37,286 nucleotides of DNA. Source: a virus. Its lineage: Duplodnaviria; Caudoviricetes. Positions 1 through 8,991 of the stretch are shown here, piece by piece. The stretch's first letter is position 1. Every line of letters starts with the position of its first letter. A model generated the notes under the pieces. It saw only the letters and a list, made by a program, of their open reading frames with translations, did not search any database and was not told the DNA's origin. Where the stretch lies: IMG/VR virus record IMGVR_UViG_3300020042_003680, positions 1 through 37,286 of that record, one strand, 5' to 3'. The position numbers and the translations under genes were made by a program.

Positions 1-339
1 GGCGTATATCTAAAAGAAAAATACGGTGACATTAAGGGAAATGTAAAAGGCATGCTTGGCGATAGAGAGGCGTTACGGGAATTGCGGGGAGGTCAACTTT
101 CAAGAGAGGCCGCGCTAGGTTACAAAAAAGGCGGTATGCCGATGAAGGATGGCAAACCTGCGTTTATGATGGGTAAGAAGATGAACATGGGTGGGATGGC
201 TAAGTACGCCGGGGGTGGTGGTATTGAATCCCGTGGCAAGACCAAAGGCACCGTTATACGCATGGCTAGTGGTGGCTCGGTAGGTTCCGCTTCCCGCCGT
301 GCGGACGGCATTGCTCAACGCGGCAAGACCCGCTGCTGA
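1..339 (+). CDS. Small basic Gly/Lys-rich phage protein, probably 5'-truncated
   Basis: Frame is open from base 1 (GVYLKEKYG...). Contains YKKGG, MNMGG and MASGG motifs and ends ASRRADGIAQRGKTRC. Confidence 0.75.
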   Translation, partial: GVYLKEKYGDIKGNVKGMLGDREALRELRGGQLSREAALGYKKGGMPMKDGKPAFMMGKKMNMGGMAKYAGGGGIESRGKTKGTVIRMASGGSVGSASRRADGIAQRGKTRC

Positions 340-340
340 T

Positions 341-625
341 ATGCGACCCTCCCGTGGAATGGGGGATATTTCCCCCTCCAAAGTACCCAAGGTCAGAACC
401 ATCAAGAAGAAAGATGGTGATCTGCCGGTATCCTTGTACGCCACTGGAGGGTCTGTAAGCAAAGTCAACGAAGCGGGGAACTACACCAAGCCCGGTATGC
501 GTAAGGGTATCTTTAACCGCATCAAGGCTGGCGGCAAGGGTGGTGCGCCGGGGCAGTGGTCAGCCCGTAAAGCGCAAATGATGGCTTTGCAGTACAAGAA
601 ATCTGGCGGCGGATATCGTGATTAA
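341..625 (+). CDS. Small basic protein resembling the N-terminal half of DUF5872-like proteins
   Basis: ATG at 341 follows the TGA at 337-339. Contains YTKP...GGKGGAPGQWSARKAQMMALQYKKSGGGY. Confidence 0.7.
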   Translation: MRPSRGMGDISPSKVPKVRTIKKKDGDLPVSLYATGGSVSKVNEAGNYTKPGMRKGIFNRIKAGGKGGAPGQWSARKAQMMALQYKKSGGGYRD

Positions 626-869
626 AGCCCCCCAGCAATCATTGAAATCATGGACTGACCAAAAATGGCGAACCAAGAGTGGCAAACCATCTACGCAGGG
701 CAGTAAGGCAACGGGGGAAAGATACCTACCAGAAGCAGCAATCAAGTCCCTATCTTCACAAGAGTACGCTGCAACCACCAAAGCAAAGCGTGAAGGAAAA
801 GCCGCAGGAAAACAGTTTGTGGCCCAACCTAAAAATGTGGCTAAAAAAACTGCTGCGTATAGGAAATAG
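618..869 (+). CDS. Small basic protein resembling the C-terminal half of DUF5872-like proteins
   Basis: SLKSWTDQKWRTKSGK...GERYLPEAAIKSL...GKQFVAQP; start overlaps the upstream stop. Confidence 0.7.
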   Translation: MIKAPQQSLKSWTDQKWRTKSGKPSTQGSKATGERYLPEAAIKSLSSQEYAATTKAKREGKAAGKQFVAQPKNVAKKTAAYRK

Positions 870-872
870 ATA

Positions 873-1793
873 ATGGCCTACAACACGACAGGCACTGTTG
901 CGTTTAACCTAGACCTCAATAACCTCATAGAAGAGGCTTTTGAGCGTTGCGGAAAAGAACTTCGCACGGGGTACGATATGCGTACCGCCCGTAGGAGCTT
1001 GAACCTGCTTACTTTGGAGTGGGCGAACCGTGGGTTGAATATGTGGACTGTGGAGCAGGGGCAGATCACCTTGGCTACTGGGCAGAGTACCTACGCTCTT
1101 CCCACAGACACAATAGACCTGCTGGATAGCGTTGTTCGCACCGGGACAGATACCAACCAGACTGACATTAATATCAGCAGGATCAGTGAATCTACCTTTG
1201 CAACAATTCCTAACAAGAACGCTACGGGAAGGCCGATTCAGGTCTGGATCAACCGTCAGTCTGGCGCTACGGCTACCACCACTATTACGCTAAATGAGAC
1301 TCTGACCGCTGCTGATACGACGATTACCCTGAGCACTACGGTAGGTCTGGCAAGTGCCGGGTACGTCAAGATTGACTCAGAAATCATCTATTACAGCGGC
1401 ACGACCAGCACGACCATACAGAATTGTGTCCGGGGACAGGCCAATACCACTGCTGCAACGCATACGACAGCTACGGCTATCTATGTAGTCAACCTGCCAG
1501 CAATCAACGTCTGGCCCACTCCTGACAGCAGCCAGACATATACATTCGTGTACTGGAGGCTTCGCAGGATTCAGGACGCGGGTAACGGTGTAAACGGTGA
1601 AGACATCCCGTTCAGGTTCCTGCCTTGTATGGTAGCTGGGTTGGCTTTTTACCTGTCCATGAAGATACCAGGTGCGGAAGCAAGAGTGCAGATGCTCAAA
1701 GGCGAGTATGAAGAGCAGTTTGCAATGGCTGCAAGCGAAGACCGTGAGAAGGCTGCTGTCCGGTTCGTGCCTCGCCAGATGTTCATAAGCTAG
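873..1793 (+). CDS. Virion structural protein, probable head-tail adaptor/connector, with an internal ~70-aa beta module
   Basis: 306 aa. Helical N-terminus LIEEAFERCG...ARRSLNLL..EWANRG, then WPTPD and a helical C-terminus, as in podovirus adaptor proteins. Confidence 0.65.
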   Translation: MAYNTTGTVAFNLDLNNLIEEAFERCGKELRTGYDMRTARRSLNLLTLEWANRGLNMWTVEQGQITLATGQSTYALPTDTIDLLDSVVRTGTDTNQTDINISRISESTFATIPNKNATGRPIQVWINRQSGATATTTITLNETLTAADTTITLSTTVGLASAGYVKIDSEIIYYSGTTSTTIQNCVRGQANTTAATHTTATAIYVVNLPAINVWPTPDSSQTYTFVYWRLRRIQDAGNGVNGEDIPFRFLPCMVAGLAFYLSMKIPGAEARVQMLKGEYEEQFAMAASEDREKAAVRFVPRQMFIS

Positions 1794-1796
1794 AAA

Positions 1797-2330
1797 ATGC
1801 CCAATAACTTTGCATCTGGCAAGTTTGCGATAGCCGAATGTGATAGGTGCGGCTTCCGATACAAACTGTCAGAACTCAAGGGTTTGGTAATTAAGACCAA
1901 GAACGTGAATATCTTGGTTTGCCAGTCCTGCTGGGAGCCTGATCAACCACAACTGCAACTGGGTATGTACCCGGTAAATGACCCCCAAGCTCTGCGTAAT
2001 CCAAGACCAGACACAAGTTATAATTCTTCTGGAACTAACGGGTTGCAATTGGTAGCCGGAACCGCTGGATTTCCCGAAGGTGGGAGCAGGACTTACCAAT
2101 GGGGCTGGAGGCCGGTTGGAGGTGGTTCTTCGGAAGACATAGGGCTTACTGAAAACTATCTCACCTCATTGGGGGAAGTAGGAACGGTCATGTTTAATGT
2201 AGCGGCATGGAGTGCAACAACCAGCTATGCCCAGAATGACTCTGTTTCGTACAGTGGTGGGTACTATTTGGCGATTAAAGAAAACACAAACCATGTCCCT
2301 ACGGACGTAACCTACTGGGCGGTCAACTAG
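1797..2330 (+). CDS. CxxC...CxxC zinc-binding phage protein with C-terminal CBM5/12-like (ChtBD3) module
   Basis: CDRC and CQSC pairs; C-terminal AWSATTSYAQNDSVSYSGGYYLA...P....YW. Confidence 0.7.
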   Translation: MPNNFASGKFAIAECDRCGFRYKLSELKGLVIKTKNVNILVCQSCWEPDQPQLQLGMYPVNDPQALRNPRPDTSYNSSGTNGLQLVAGTAGFPEGGSRTYQWGWRPVGGGSSEDIGLTENYLTSLGEVGTVMFNVAAWSATTSYAQNDSVSYSGGYYLAIKENTNHVPTDVTYWAVN

Positions 2331-2340
2331 GAGTTTTAAC

Positions 2341-2496
2341 ATGATGGATAAGAAGCAGGTTAAAAAAATTGCGGATAAAGAAGTAAAAGTCCACGAAAAA
2401 CGTCTGCACGGTATGAAAAAAGGTGGGCCGACTTCCGGGGATATGAAGGCGGTTGGGCGTAACATGGCCCGTGTAAACAACCAACGGGGGCGGTAA
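2341..2496 (+). CDS. 51-aa basic protein (not in ORF track)
   Basis: GGAG RBS at ~2330. MMDKKQVKKIADKEVKVHEKRLHGMKKGGPTSGDMKAVGRNMARVNNQRGR*, with TAATG coupling to the next gene. Confidence 0.8.
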   Translation: MMDKKQVKKIADKEVKVHEKRLHGMKKGGPTSGDMKAVGRNMARVNNQRGR

Positions 2497-2696
2497 TGAC
2501 AAAAAATGACAGGGCTGAGTTCTTTGGATGGGGCGATAAAAACCCAATCGGCAAGTACACGCAGCCCAGACCCAATACCAATCCTATGCCTGAAGGTACG
2601 GGATACCCGCAGACCGGGATAAAAACAACCGGCATCAAGATGTACGGTACGGGTGCTGCGACCAAGGGAATCAAAAGTCGTGGGCCGATGGGTTAA
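2496..2696 (+). CDS. Small hypothetical phage protein
   Basis: 66 aa, translationally coupled; C-terminus GIKMYGTGAATKGIKSRGPMG. Confidence 0.75.
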   Translation: MTKNDRAEFFGWGDKNPIGKYTQPRPNTNPMPEGTGYPQTGIKTTGIKMYGTGAATKGIKSRGPMG

Positions 2697-2699
2697 AAA

Positions 2700-3416
2700 A
2701 TGAATTACTCTGAGCTATTCATAGCCGTAAAAGGCTACCTGGAGAATAACTTCCCAAGCACTGTCTTTACCGATAGTGCTGGATCGTCTTCGTCTGGTGC
2801 GGCTACTTTGACTAGCACAGAGCAGGTCAATACATTCATTACCCAAGCAGAACAGCGGATATACAACACCATTCAGTTCCCTTCGCTTCGTAAGAACGTA
2901 ACGGGAACCCTGACCGCTAATAACAAATACTTGTCTTGCCCGACTGATTTCTTGGCTGTCTATTCGATGGCGGTTATAAACACGGATACGTCATATACAT
3001 TCTTGCTGAACAAGGATGTGAACTTCATTCGTGAGGCTTACCCAACCCCTACGGACACGGGGACTCCTGCTTACTATGCGTTGTTTGGGCCGGTATCCAC
3101 CAACGAAGCAGAACTGACCTTCATCCTTGGGCCGACACCCGATTCAGCCTACACGATGGAACTGCACTACTTCTATTACCCAGAGAGCATTACCACAACC
3201 GCTTCAGGTACTACATGGCTTGGGGACAACATTGACTCTGTTCTTCTCTATGGCTCCTTGGTAGAGGGCTACACCTTTATGAAAGGTGAGGCAGACATTA
3301 TTTCTTTCTACGAAAAGAAGTACCAAGACGCCATGATGCTTGCCAAACGCCTTGGGGATGGGATGGAACGACGCGATGCCTACCGCTCTGGTCAGGCTAG
3401 GGTTGATGTCCAATGA
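2700..3416 (+). CDS. Phage head-tail adaptor / tail tubular protein A-like
   Basis: MNYSEL...FITQAEQRIY...PTDFL...GTPAYYA...LGPTPD...WL...LLYGSLVE pattern typical of podovirus adaptors. Confidence 0.75.
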   Translation: MNYSELFIAVKGYLENNFPSTVFTDSAGSSSSGAATLTSTEQVNTFITQAEQRIYNTIQFPSLRKNVTGTLTANNKYLSCPTDFLAVYSMAVINTDTSYTFLLNKDVNFIREAYPTPTDTGTPAYYALFGPVSTNEAELTFILGPTPDSAYTMELHYFYYPESITTTASGTTWLGDNIDSVLLYGSLVEGYTFMKGEADIISFYEKKYQDAMMLAKRLGDGMERRDAYRSGQARVDVQ

Positions 3417-3844
3417 TTGCCCAGACCCTCACCACCTCTTTTAAGGTACAGATTCTGACGGCTACGCATGACTTCACTGCGTCCACGGGGGATACGTTCA
3501 AGATGGCGCTGTACTTGTCTACAGCATCATTGGGCGCTGACACGACTGTGTACACGGCCACAGGCGAGATATCGGGAACAGGTTATACGGCTGGTGGGAT
3601 AGCCCTGACAGCGGTTACACCTACGTCTACCGGCACTACGGCGTTTACATCGTTCAGTGACGCGACGTTTACAGGTCTTGTTAATTCCTCTATTGCCGGG
3701 GCGTTGATCTACAACAGCAGCAAGTCCAACAAGTCTGTGGCGGTGCTGGACTTTGGAGGCATGAAAATTTCAACGGCGGCAATTCCGCTGGTTATTGTGT
3801 TTCCGACAGCGTCAGCTACGACTGCCATCATTCGGTTTCCTTGA
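3413..3844 (+). CDS. Tail-associated structural protein
   Basis: Thr/Ala/Gly-rich; TSFK...HDF...FKMALY...GYTAGG...GALIYN...VLDFG; ATGA coupling. Confidence 0.7.
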   Translation: MIAQTLTTSFKVQILTATHDFTASTGDTFKMALYLSTASLGADTTVYTATGEISGTGYTAGGIALTAVTPTSTGTTAFTSFSDATFTGLVNSSIAGALIYNSSKSNKSVAVLDFGGMKISTAAIPLVIVFPTASATTAIIRFP

Positions 3845-3853
3845 GAGGTTTAT

Positions 3854-4435
3854 ATGTCCGCTATGGATAAAACCAAGTCTACAGACACCGTTTCCTGCGG
3901 TCTGGTAGCGGGTACGCGTTCTGGTGAGTCTGCCATTGCTTTGGGTCAGTTTAACTTTGAGTGTATCGGCGCAGATGGAAAGGTAAAGTGGACTGGGAGC
4001 GTCCCTAATCTGGTAGTTAACGTGGGGCTTGCGTACATGGCTGGATCAGCCTTGACCAGCGTTACGGCAATTACCGCTTGGTATATTGGGCTGTACGGTG
4101 CTGGTGCAAGTAACACCCCTGCTGCTGGGGATACGATGTCCTCACATGCTGGCTGGACTGAGAACGTGGGTTACAGCGAGGCTACGCGGGTAGCGTGTAC
4201 GTTTGTTACAGCTACGACTGCTAACCCTTCTGTAGCGACAAACACAGCTTCCCCCGCCTCATTCACGATCAACGCTACTTCTACGGTTGGTGGGGCTTTC
4301 CTGACAAGCGGTAGCGCCAAGAGCGGCACGGCGGGAACTCTGTTTTCTGCGTCTGACTTTACTTCGCCCGGTGACAGGTCTGTAACTTCTGGTGACACAT
4401 TGAACGTGACCTACACGATGAGCTTAGCAGGGTAA
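3854..4435 (+). CDS. Tail-associated structural protein
   Basis: GAGG RBS; KW....NLVVNVG...WYIGL...GDTLNVTY beta-rich pattern; lies in the tail gene cluster. Confidence 0.7.
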   Translation: MSAMDKTKSTDTVSCGLVAGTRSGESAIALGQFNFECIGADGKVKWTGSVPNLVVNVGLAYMAGSALTSVTAITAWYIGLYGAGASNTPAAGDTMSSHAGWTENVGYSEATRVACTFVTATTANPSVATNTASPASFTINATSTVGGAFLTSGSAKSGTAGTLFSASDFTSPGDRSVTSGDTLNVTYTMSLAG

Positions 4436-4436
4436 T

Positions 4437-4925
4437 GTGTTTGGTATTTCTGCCTTTGCTGGTGTTCCGTTTGCTGCATTAGCAGGTGCAGTATATAACT
4501 CATCGGTAATTGAGACAGGCACAGCAACAGATTCGGTAAGCAGCAGTTTTGTATTATTCGGTAGCGTTTCTGAAACCGCGACAGCTACAGATTCGGTAAG
4601 CAGCAGTTTTGTATTATTCGGTAGCGTTTCTGAAACCGCGACAGCAACCGACGCGATAAGTAGTAGTCAGACATTTAAAAGTCTAATTGCAGAGCTTGCA
4701 ACGGCGACTGATTCCATGCTGGCGCGTCCACCGTGGGAACTTATTGATGACTCACAAACAGCTAATTGGACATTAATAAATGCTTCAAATGCTACGTCAT
4801 GGGGAACGATAGGTACCTCACAAACAGCTAATTGGACAGTAATAAATTCTTCAAGTGCTACGTCATGGGTAACGATAAATACCTCGCAGACAACTACTTG
4901 GACAGTGATAGGGACGGTAAATTAA
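4437..4925 (+). CDS. Repeat-containing Ser/Thr-rich virion protein
   Basis: MFGISAFAGVPFA N-terminus, 20-aa ETATATD repeats and 11-aa-period Trp repeats. Confidence 0.7.
   Translation: MFGISAFAGVPFAALAGAVYNSSVIETGTATDSVSSSFVLFGSVSETATATDSVSSSFVLFGSVSETATATDAISSSQTFKSLIAELATATDSMLARPPWELIDDSQTANWTLINASNATSWGTIGTSQTANWTVINSSSATSWVTINTSQTTTWTVIGTVN
4521..4648 (+). repeat. In-frame tandem repeat, 60-bp unit, two near-identical copies plus a partial third
   Basis: 4521-4580 and 4581-4640 differ at one base (acagcaacag vs acagctacag). Confidence 0.95.
4751..4915 (+). repeat. In-frame tandem repeat, 66-bp unit, about 2.5 copies
   Basis: ctcacaaacagctaattggaca at 4751 and 4817, with a degenerate third copy at 4883. 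Confidence 0.85.
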
Positions 4926-5477
4926 ATGGCTCTTGTTATTGCTGATCGGGTAAAGGACTCTACGACCACCACTGGGACAGGCACAGTCACGCTATCTGGC
5001 ACAGCGCCCACCGGGTTTCAGAACTTCTCAGTCATTGGTGACACTAATACAACCTACTACTGTATCGCCCACCAGACCGCTAATGAATGGGAAGTAGGTA
5101 TTGGGACTTACGCCTCATCTGGCACCACGCTTGCTCGGACTACGGTTCTCTCTAATAGCTCTGCGACACAGCCCTCTGCGCTATCGTTCAGCGCAGGAAC
5201 TAAAGACGTATTTGTTACCTACACCGCTGAGAAGTCTATCAATTTAGATGCAAGCGGGAACTCCACTGCACTTGGAACACCGTTGAGCGCCACCCTTACT
5301 AACGCAACCGGGTTGCCTTTAACCACAGGTGTAACGGGTAATTTGCCTGTAACTAACCTCAACAGCGGTACTTCTGCTTCTGCCTCTACGTTCTGGCGTG
5401 GTGATGGTACTTGGCAAACTCCATCAGCGGGTAGTTCTAGTGGCTTTGAAACTGTTTTTCTTTTGATGGGCGCTTAA
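4926..5477 (+). CDS. Short tail fibre / fibre adaptor protein
   Basis: [20 protein letters not shown]...EWEVGIGTY...[10 protein letters not shown]-terminal domain; FWRGDGTW fibre motif. Confidence 0.75.
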   Translation: MALVIADRVKDSTTTTGTGTVTLSGTAPTGFQNFSVIGDTNTTYYCIAHQTANEWEVGIGTYASSGTTLARTTVLSNSSATQPSALSFSAGTKDVFVTYTAEKSINLDASGNSTALGTPLSATLTNATGLPLTTGVTGNLPVTNLNSGTSASASTFWRGDGTWQTPSAGSSSGFETVFLLMGA

Positions 5478-5478
5478 T

Positions 5479-5805
5479 ATGGCAACGACTTATAAAGTTT
5501 TGGGTCAGTCAAACCCAGCCGCAGCAACGCTCACCACTCTGTATACAGTGCCAGCGGCTACTTCATCCGTTGTGTCAACATTGTCGGCGTGTAATCTCGG
5601 TGTTTCAACAACTATTCGGGTTGCGGTGCGCCCTGCCGCAGCTTCGATAGAAAACAAGCAATACATTGTCTATGAGGCAACACTCAACCAATACGACACA
5701 CTATATTTAACTTTGGGCGTGACGTTGGCTACGACTGATGTTGTGTCGGTGTACGCCGGAACCGCTACAGTTGCTTTCAATCTTTACGGCTCTGAGATAA
5801 CGTAA
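5479..5805 (+). CDS. Small beta-sandwich virion protein (paralog of 14716-15054)
   Basis: TLYTVPAAT...ACN...L...D.VSV...F..YGSEIT pattern. Confidence 0.7.
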   Translation: MATTYKVLGQSNPAAATLTTLYTVPAATSSVVSTLSACNLGVSTTIRVAVRPAAASIENKQYIVYEATLNQYDTLYLTLGVTLATTDVVSVYAGTATVAFNLYGSEIT

Positions 5806-5806
5806 C

Positions 5807-8758
5807 GTGAGCGCCACCACTGTTTCAGTACGCGATCTGGCGAATAAGTTTATCAATTCGTCACGCGTTCCGAACACCATCATCCCCTGGGTGCGTAACC
5901 CTAGCTGGGTTGCGCTTCCGGCTATAACGGCGGCAGACCAGAAATTTGTTGGGCTTCATGCTGTTTACACATACTCTAATTTTCTGGCGCTATCAGCGGC
6001 TACAACTGGGCAGTCGGTTACGTTTCAGGATACGGGCGACACAGTTACTCTCACGGCGCACGGTTACGTAAATGGCGATACAGTCTCATTCAGCGTCATT
6101 ACGTCAACTACTGGCATAGTTATAAATACCGTTTATTTTGTAGTTGGGGCCACAGCCAACACCTTCCAAGTGGCACTGACATCAGGTGGTGCAGCTATAG
6201 CATTGACTACAAATGGTAGCGGCACCTTGCGGGCAACTTACACAGCTGACTGGGGTGATGGCACGACTGAGGTTTTTGCATCAGGTGTAACAGCACAGCA
6301 CATCTACGATTACGCCACCGTCGCGCTCGACGGCACCAATGCCCCGGTGACTCTGACTGATGCCGGTGATTTAGTAACCCGCACGGCGCATGGGTACGCC
6401 GACGGAATGCCAGTCAGGTTTTATAACATTGTTAGCACGACTGGATTGACAGAAACCTACGAATACTTTGTCATTAGCGCAACAGCCAACACATTCCAAG
6501 TATCACTTACCCCCAGTGGTTCTGCTGTTGCGCTGACGACTAACGGTACAGCAACATTGCTGTTTTATAAGCAAGCCGTTGTCACTGTCACGCCTCTGTC
6601 TGGCCGGAATCTGATTACGCTGAATCTGCACCAAAAATACAATCAGACTAACTTGCAAACATACACCAGCGGATTTCTTGATATTTCAGTAGCTGGTTCA
6701 CTGATGACCAGTTTGCTGATTGGCGTGGCGGCAGTCGGGGTTTCAACCCAGACAATTATCTTCCGTGATCTGGAACAAGCCAGTATTTTAAGCACTGGAA
6801 TTGCGTCTGCCAGCTATCTGTTTTCTGGTTGCCTTAGTCTTAGAAGTGTTACCGCAGATACAGCAACTACGACGGATTTCAGCTTTATGTTCCCTGGTTG
6901 CACTGCCCTGCAAACCATTGGTTTACTAAACACAGCGGCGGGGAACACCTTTACCAGTATGTTCTCTGGTTGCACTGCCCTTCAAACCATACCACTTCTG
7001 AACACAGTAGCAGGAACTAACTTCACCAGTATGTTCTCTGGTTGTACTTCGCTGACATCTACCCCGCTATTAAATACAGTCGCAGGAGTTACTTTCACCA
7101 GTATGTTCTCTGGTTGCACTTCGCTGACATCCATACCGCTACTAAACACAGTAGCAGGAACTACCTTTACCAGCATGTTCTCTGGTTGCACTTCGCTGAC
7201 ATCTATCCCGCTACTCGTGGTAAGTGGCAACTTAACCAGTATGTTCCAAAGTTGCACTTCGCTGACATCTATACCACTGCTGAACACAACGGCGGGAACT
7301 AACTTCACCAGCATGTTCTCTGGTTGTACTTCACTGACATCCATACCACTGCTGAACACAGTAGCAGGGATTACTTTCACGAGCATGTTCCAGAGTTGCA
7401 CTGCCCTGCAAACCATACCACTACTAAACACAGCAGCAGGAACTACCTTCACGAGCATGTTCAATGGTTGCACTGCCCTTCAAACCATACCGCTATTAAA
7501 TACAGTCGCAGGAGTTACCTTCACCAGCATGTTCTCTGGTTGTACTTCACTGACATCTATCCCGCTGTTAAACACAGCGGTAGGAACTGGCTTTACCAGT
7601 ATGTTCGTAACTTGCCCTTCGCTGCAAACTGCCGCGCTCTCCGGCACAGGCAATGGCGGGGCTGGTGTCAGCATGACCTATGCATCTTGCAAATTATCAC
7701 AGACCGGACTCGAATACATATTCTCAAATCTAGGTCGCGGGCCGGGCAGCTCCATTGACATATCGACAAACTGGGGCACAGACACAGCCGTTACAGTAAC
7801 CTTATCAAAAACTACCGCCGGGGGTTTAACAGCCGCATCGGTGAGCACTACAGGTGTCACTACGGGTATGCAAGTAACAGGCACTGGCACGCCTTCGACT
7901 ACAGCCAGAGCAGTCACCATGACCGACGTTGGAGACACGGTCAATCTCACAGCGCACGGTTTATCAAACGGCGACGAAGTTTCGTTTGCTACTATCGTGA
8001 CGACCACGGGTATTGTGATCAATACAATTTATTTTGTAGTTGGAGCCACCGCCAACACCTTCCAAGTTTCTTTAACTTCTGGCGGTGCAGCTATAGCTTT
8101 GACTACAAATGGTAGTGGCACTGTGCGCTACAAAGCCACCGTGACAGCCATTACAGCCCCGGTCATTGCTGCGGTGCCAGAGCAATCCGTTACATTCACG
8201 GATGTGGGTGACCTACTAACGAGCGTAGCGCACGGTTTTGTGAATGGTGATGTTATTTCATTTGCAACGCTTACTAACGTCGGAACAATAACGACTACAA
8301 CCGTATATTTTGTTATTAACGCTGCGACTGATACGTTCCAAATCTCGTTGTCTTCTGGCGGAGCGGTCAGAACCTTTACCACGACCGGCCCTACTGGTAC
8401 TGGTACCGTCGCAAGGGCGGTTACATTCACCGACGTTGGAGACACCGTTAATAGGGTAGCGCACGGTTACGCAAATGGCGATGCGGTCTATTTTACAATC
8501 GTTACCTCCACCTCAGGCATCTCAACAAACATAGTTTATTTTGTAGTTGGGGCCACAGCCAACACCTTCCAAGTTGCGCTAACCTCTGGCGGTGCAGCTA
8601 TAGCTTTGACTACAAACGGCAGAGGCAGTGTCGCCAGCGCCGGTATAATTACCCTGAGTCGCCCTGCTACGTCTACAAACTCGACTGGTGTAACACTGTC
8701 ATACCGCAACCTCAAAACCGATACCGCCCTGCTTAAGGGCTGGACTGTCAGCGGGTAA
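5807..8758 (+). CDS. Large tail-associated adhesin-like protein with BspA/DUF285-type LRRs, PKD-like segment and five FCCH-like beta modules
   Basis: 983 aa. Twelve MFxxCTxLxxIPLLNT repeats, a DWGDG motif and five T..AHG..NGD.V.F...YFV....NTFQV modules. Confidence 0.85.
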   Translation: MSATTVSVRDLANKFINSSRVPNTIIPWVRNPSWVALPAITAADQKFVGLHAVYTYSNFLALSAATTGQSVTFQDTGDTVTLTAHGYVNGDTVSFSVITSTTGIVINTVYFVVGATANTFQVALTSGGAAIALTTNGSGTLRATYTADWGDGTTEVFASGVTAQHIYDYATVALDGTNAPVTLTDAGDLVTRTAHGYADGMPVRFYNIVSTTGLTETYEYFVISATANTFQVSLTPSGSAVALTTNGTATLLFYKQAVVTVTPLSGRNLITLNLHQKYNQTNLQTYTSGFLDISVAGSLMTSLLIGVAAVGVSTQTIIFRDLEQASILSTGIASASYLFSGCLSLRSVTADTATTTDFSFMFPGCTALQTIGLLNTAAGNTFTSMFSGCTALQTIPLLNTVAGTNFTSMFSGCTSLTSTPLLNTVAGVTFTSMFSGCTSLTSIPLLNTVAGTTFTSMFSGCTSLTSIPLLVVSGNLTSMFQSCTSLTSIPLLNTTAGTNFTSMFSGCTSLTSIPLLNTVAGITFTSMFQSCTALQTIPLLNTAAGTTFTSMFNGCTALQTIPLLNTVAGVTFTSMFSGCTSLTSIPLLNTAVGTGFTSMFVTCPSLQTAALSGTGNGGAGVSMTYASCKLSQTGLEYIFSNLGRGPGSSIDISTNWGTDTAVTVTLSKTTAGGLTAASVSTTGVTTGMQVTGTGTPSTTARAVTMTDVGDTVNLTAHGLSNGDEVSFATIVTTTGIVINTIYFVVGATANTFQVSLTSGGAAIALTTNGSGTVRYKATVTAITAPVIAAVPEQSVTFTDVGDLLTSVAHGFVNGDVISFATLTNVGTITTTTVYFVINAATDTFQISLSSGGAVRTFTTTGPTGTGTVARAVTFTDVGDTVNRVAHGYANGDAVYFTIVTSTSGISTNIVYFVVGATANTFQVALTSGGAAIALTTNGRGSVASAGIITLSRPATSTNSTGVTLSYRNLKTDTALLKGWTVSG
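6815..7630 (+). repeat. Coding tandem repeat, ~72-bp unit (24-aa LRR), 12 copies
   Basis: Recurring accag(t/c)atgttctctggttg(c/t)act; one unit is shortened (PLLVVSGNLTS). Confidence 0.95.
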
Positions 8759-8763
8759 CCATC

Positions 8764-8934
8764 ATGCCATTTTATAAAGTAGAAGACGACAGTCTAATAT
8801 CGGCAACTCATATTGACGGGCCAGAGTTTAGCCTGAGCGAAGCTGGCAAAGATGAATACGTTTACCCAGTTGAAGGTTGGCGTTGGTTCGCTGATTTAGA
8901 GGCTGCTATGGAGGCTACAGGTAAATCGCCGTAA
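8764..8934 (+). CDS. 56-aa acidic protein (not in ORF track), possible fibre partner or chaperone
   Basis: MPFYKVEDDSLISATHIDGPEFSLSEAGKDEYVYPVEGWRWFADLEAAMEATGKSP* fills the gap after the LRR gene. Confidence 0.75.
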   Translation: MPFYKVEDDSLISATHIDGPEFSLSEAGKDEYVYPVEGWRWFADLEAAMEATGKSP

Positions 8935-8960
8935 TCATGGTAAGAGAACTGAACTGGTAA

Positions 8961-8977
8961 GCGGGGCAATTCCCCGC
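8961..8977 (+). promoter_or_regulatory. Intergenic GC-rich stem-loop just upstream of the tail fibre RBS
   Basis: GCGGGG-CAATT-CCCCGC; no U-tract on the + strand, so the role is uncertain. Confidence 0.4.
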
Positions 8978-8991
8978 AATAGGAAAATAAT

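Noticed and set aside
4521-7630. 60-bp and 72-bp repeats as a CRISPR array
   Set aside because: They are in-frame coding tandem repeats with no unique spacers, and there is no cas operon.
5807-8758. FCCH-like modules plus GG motifs as a ubiquitin-like conjugation system
   Set aside because: The modules are beta inserts in tail proteins, no E1/E2/JAB catalytic genes are visible, and the GG motifs are internal rather than C-terminal.
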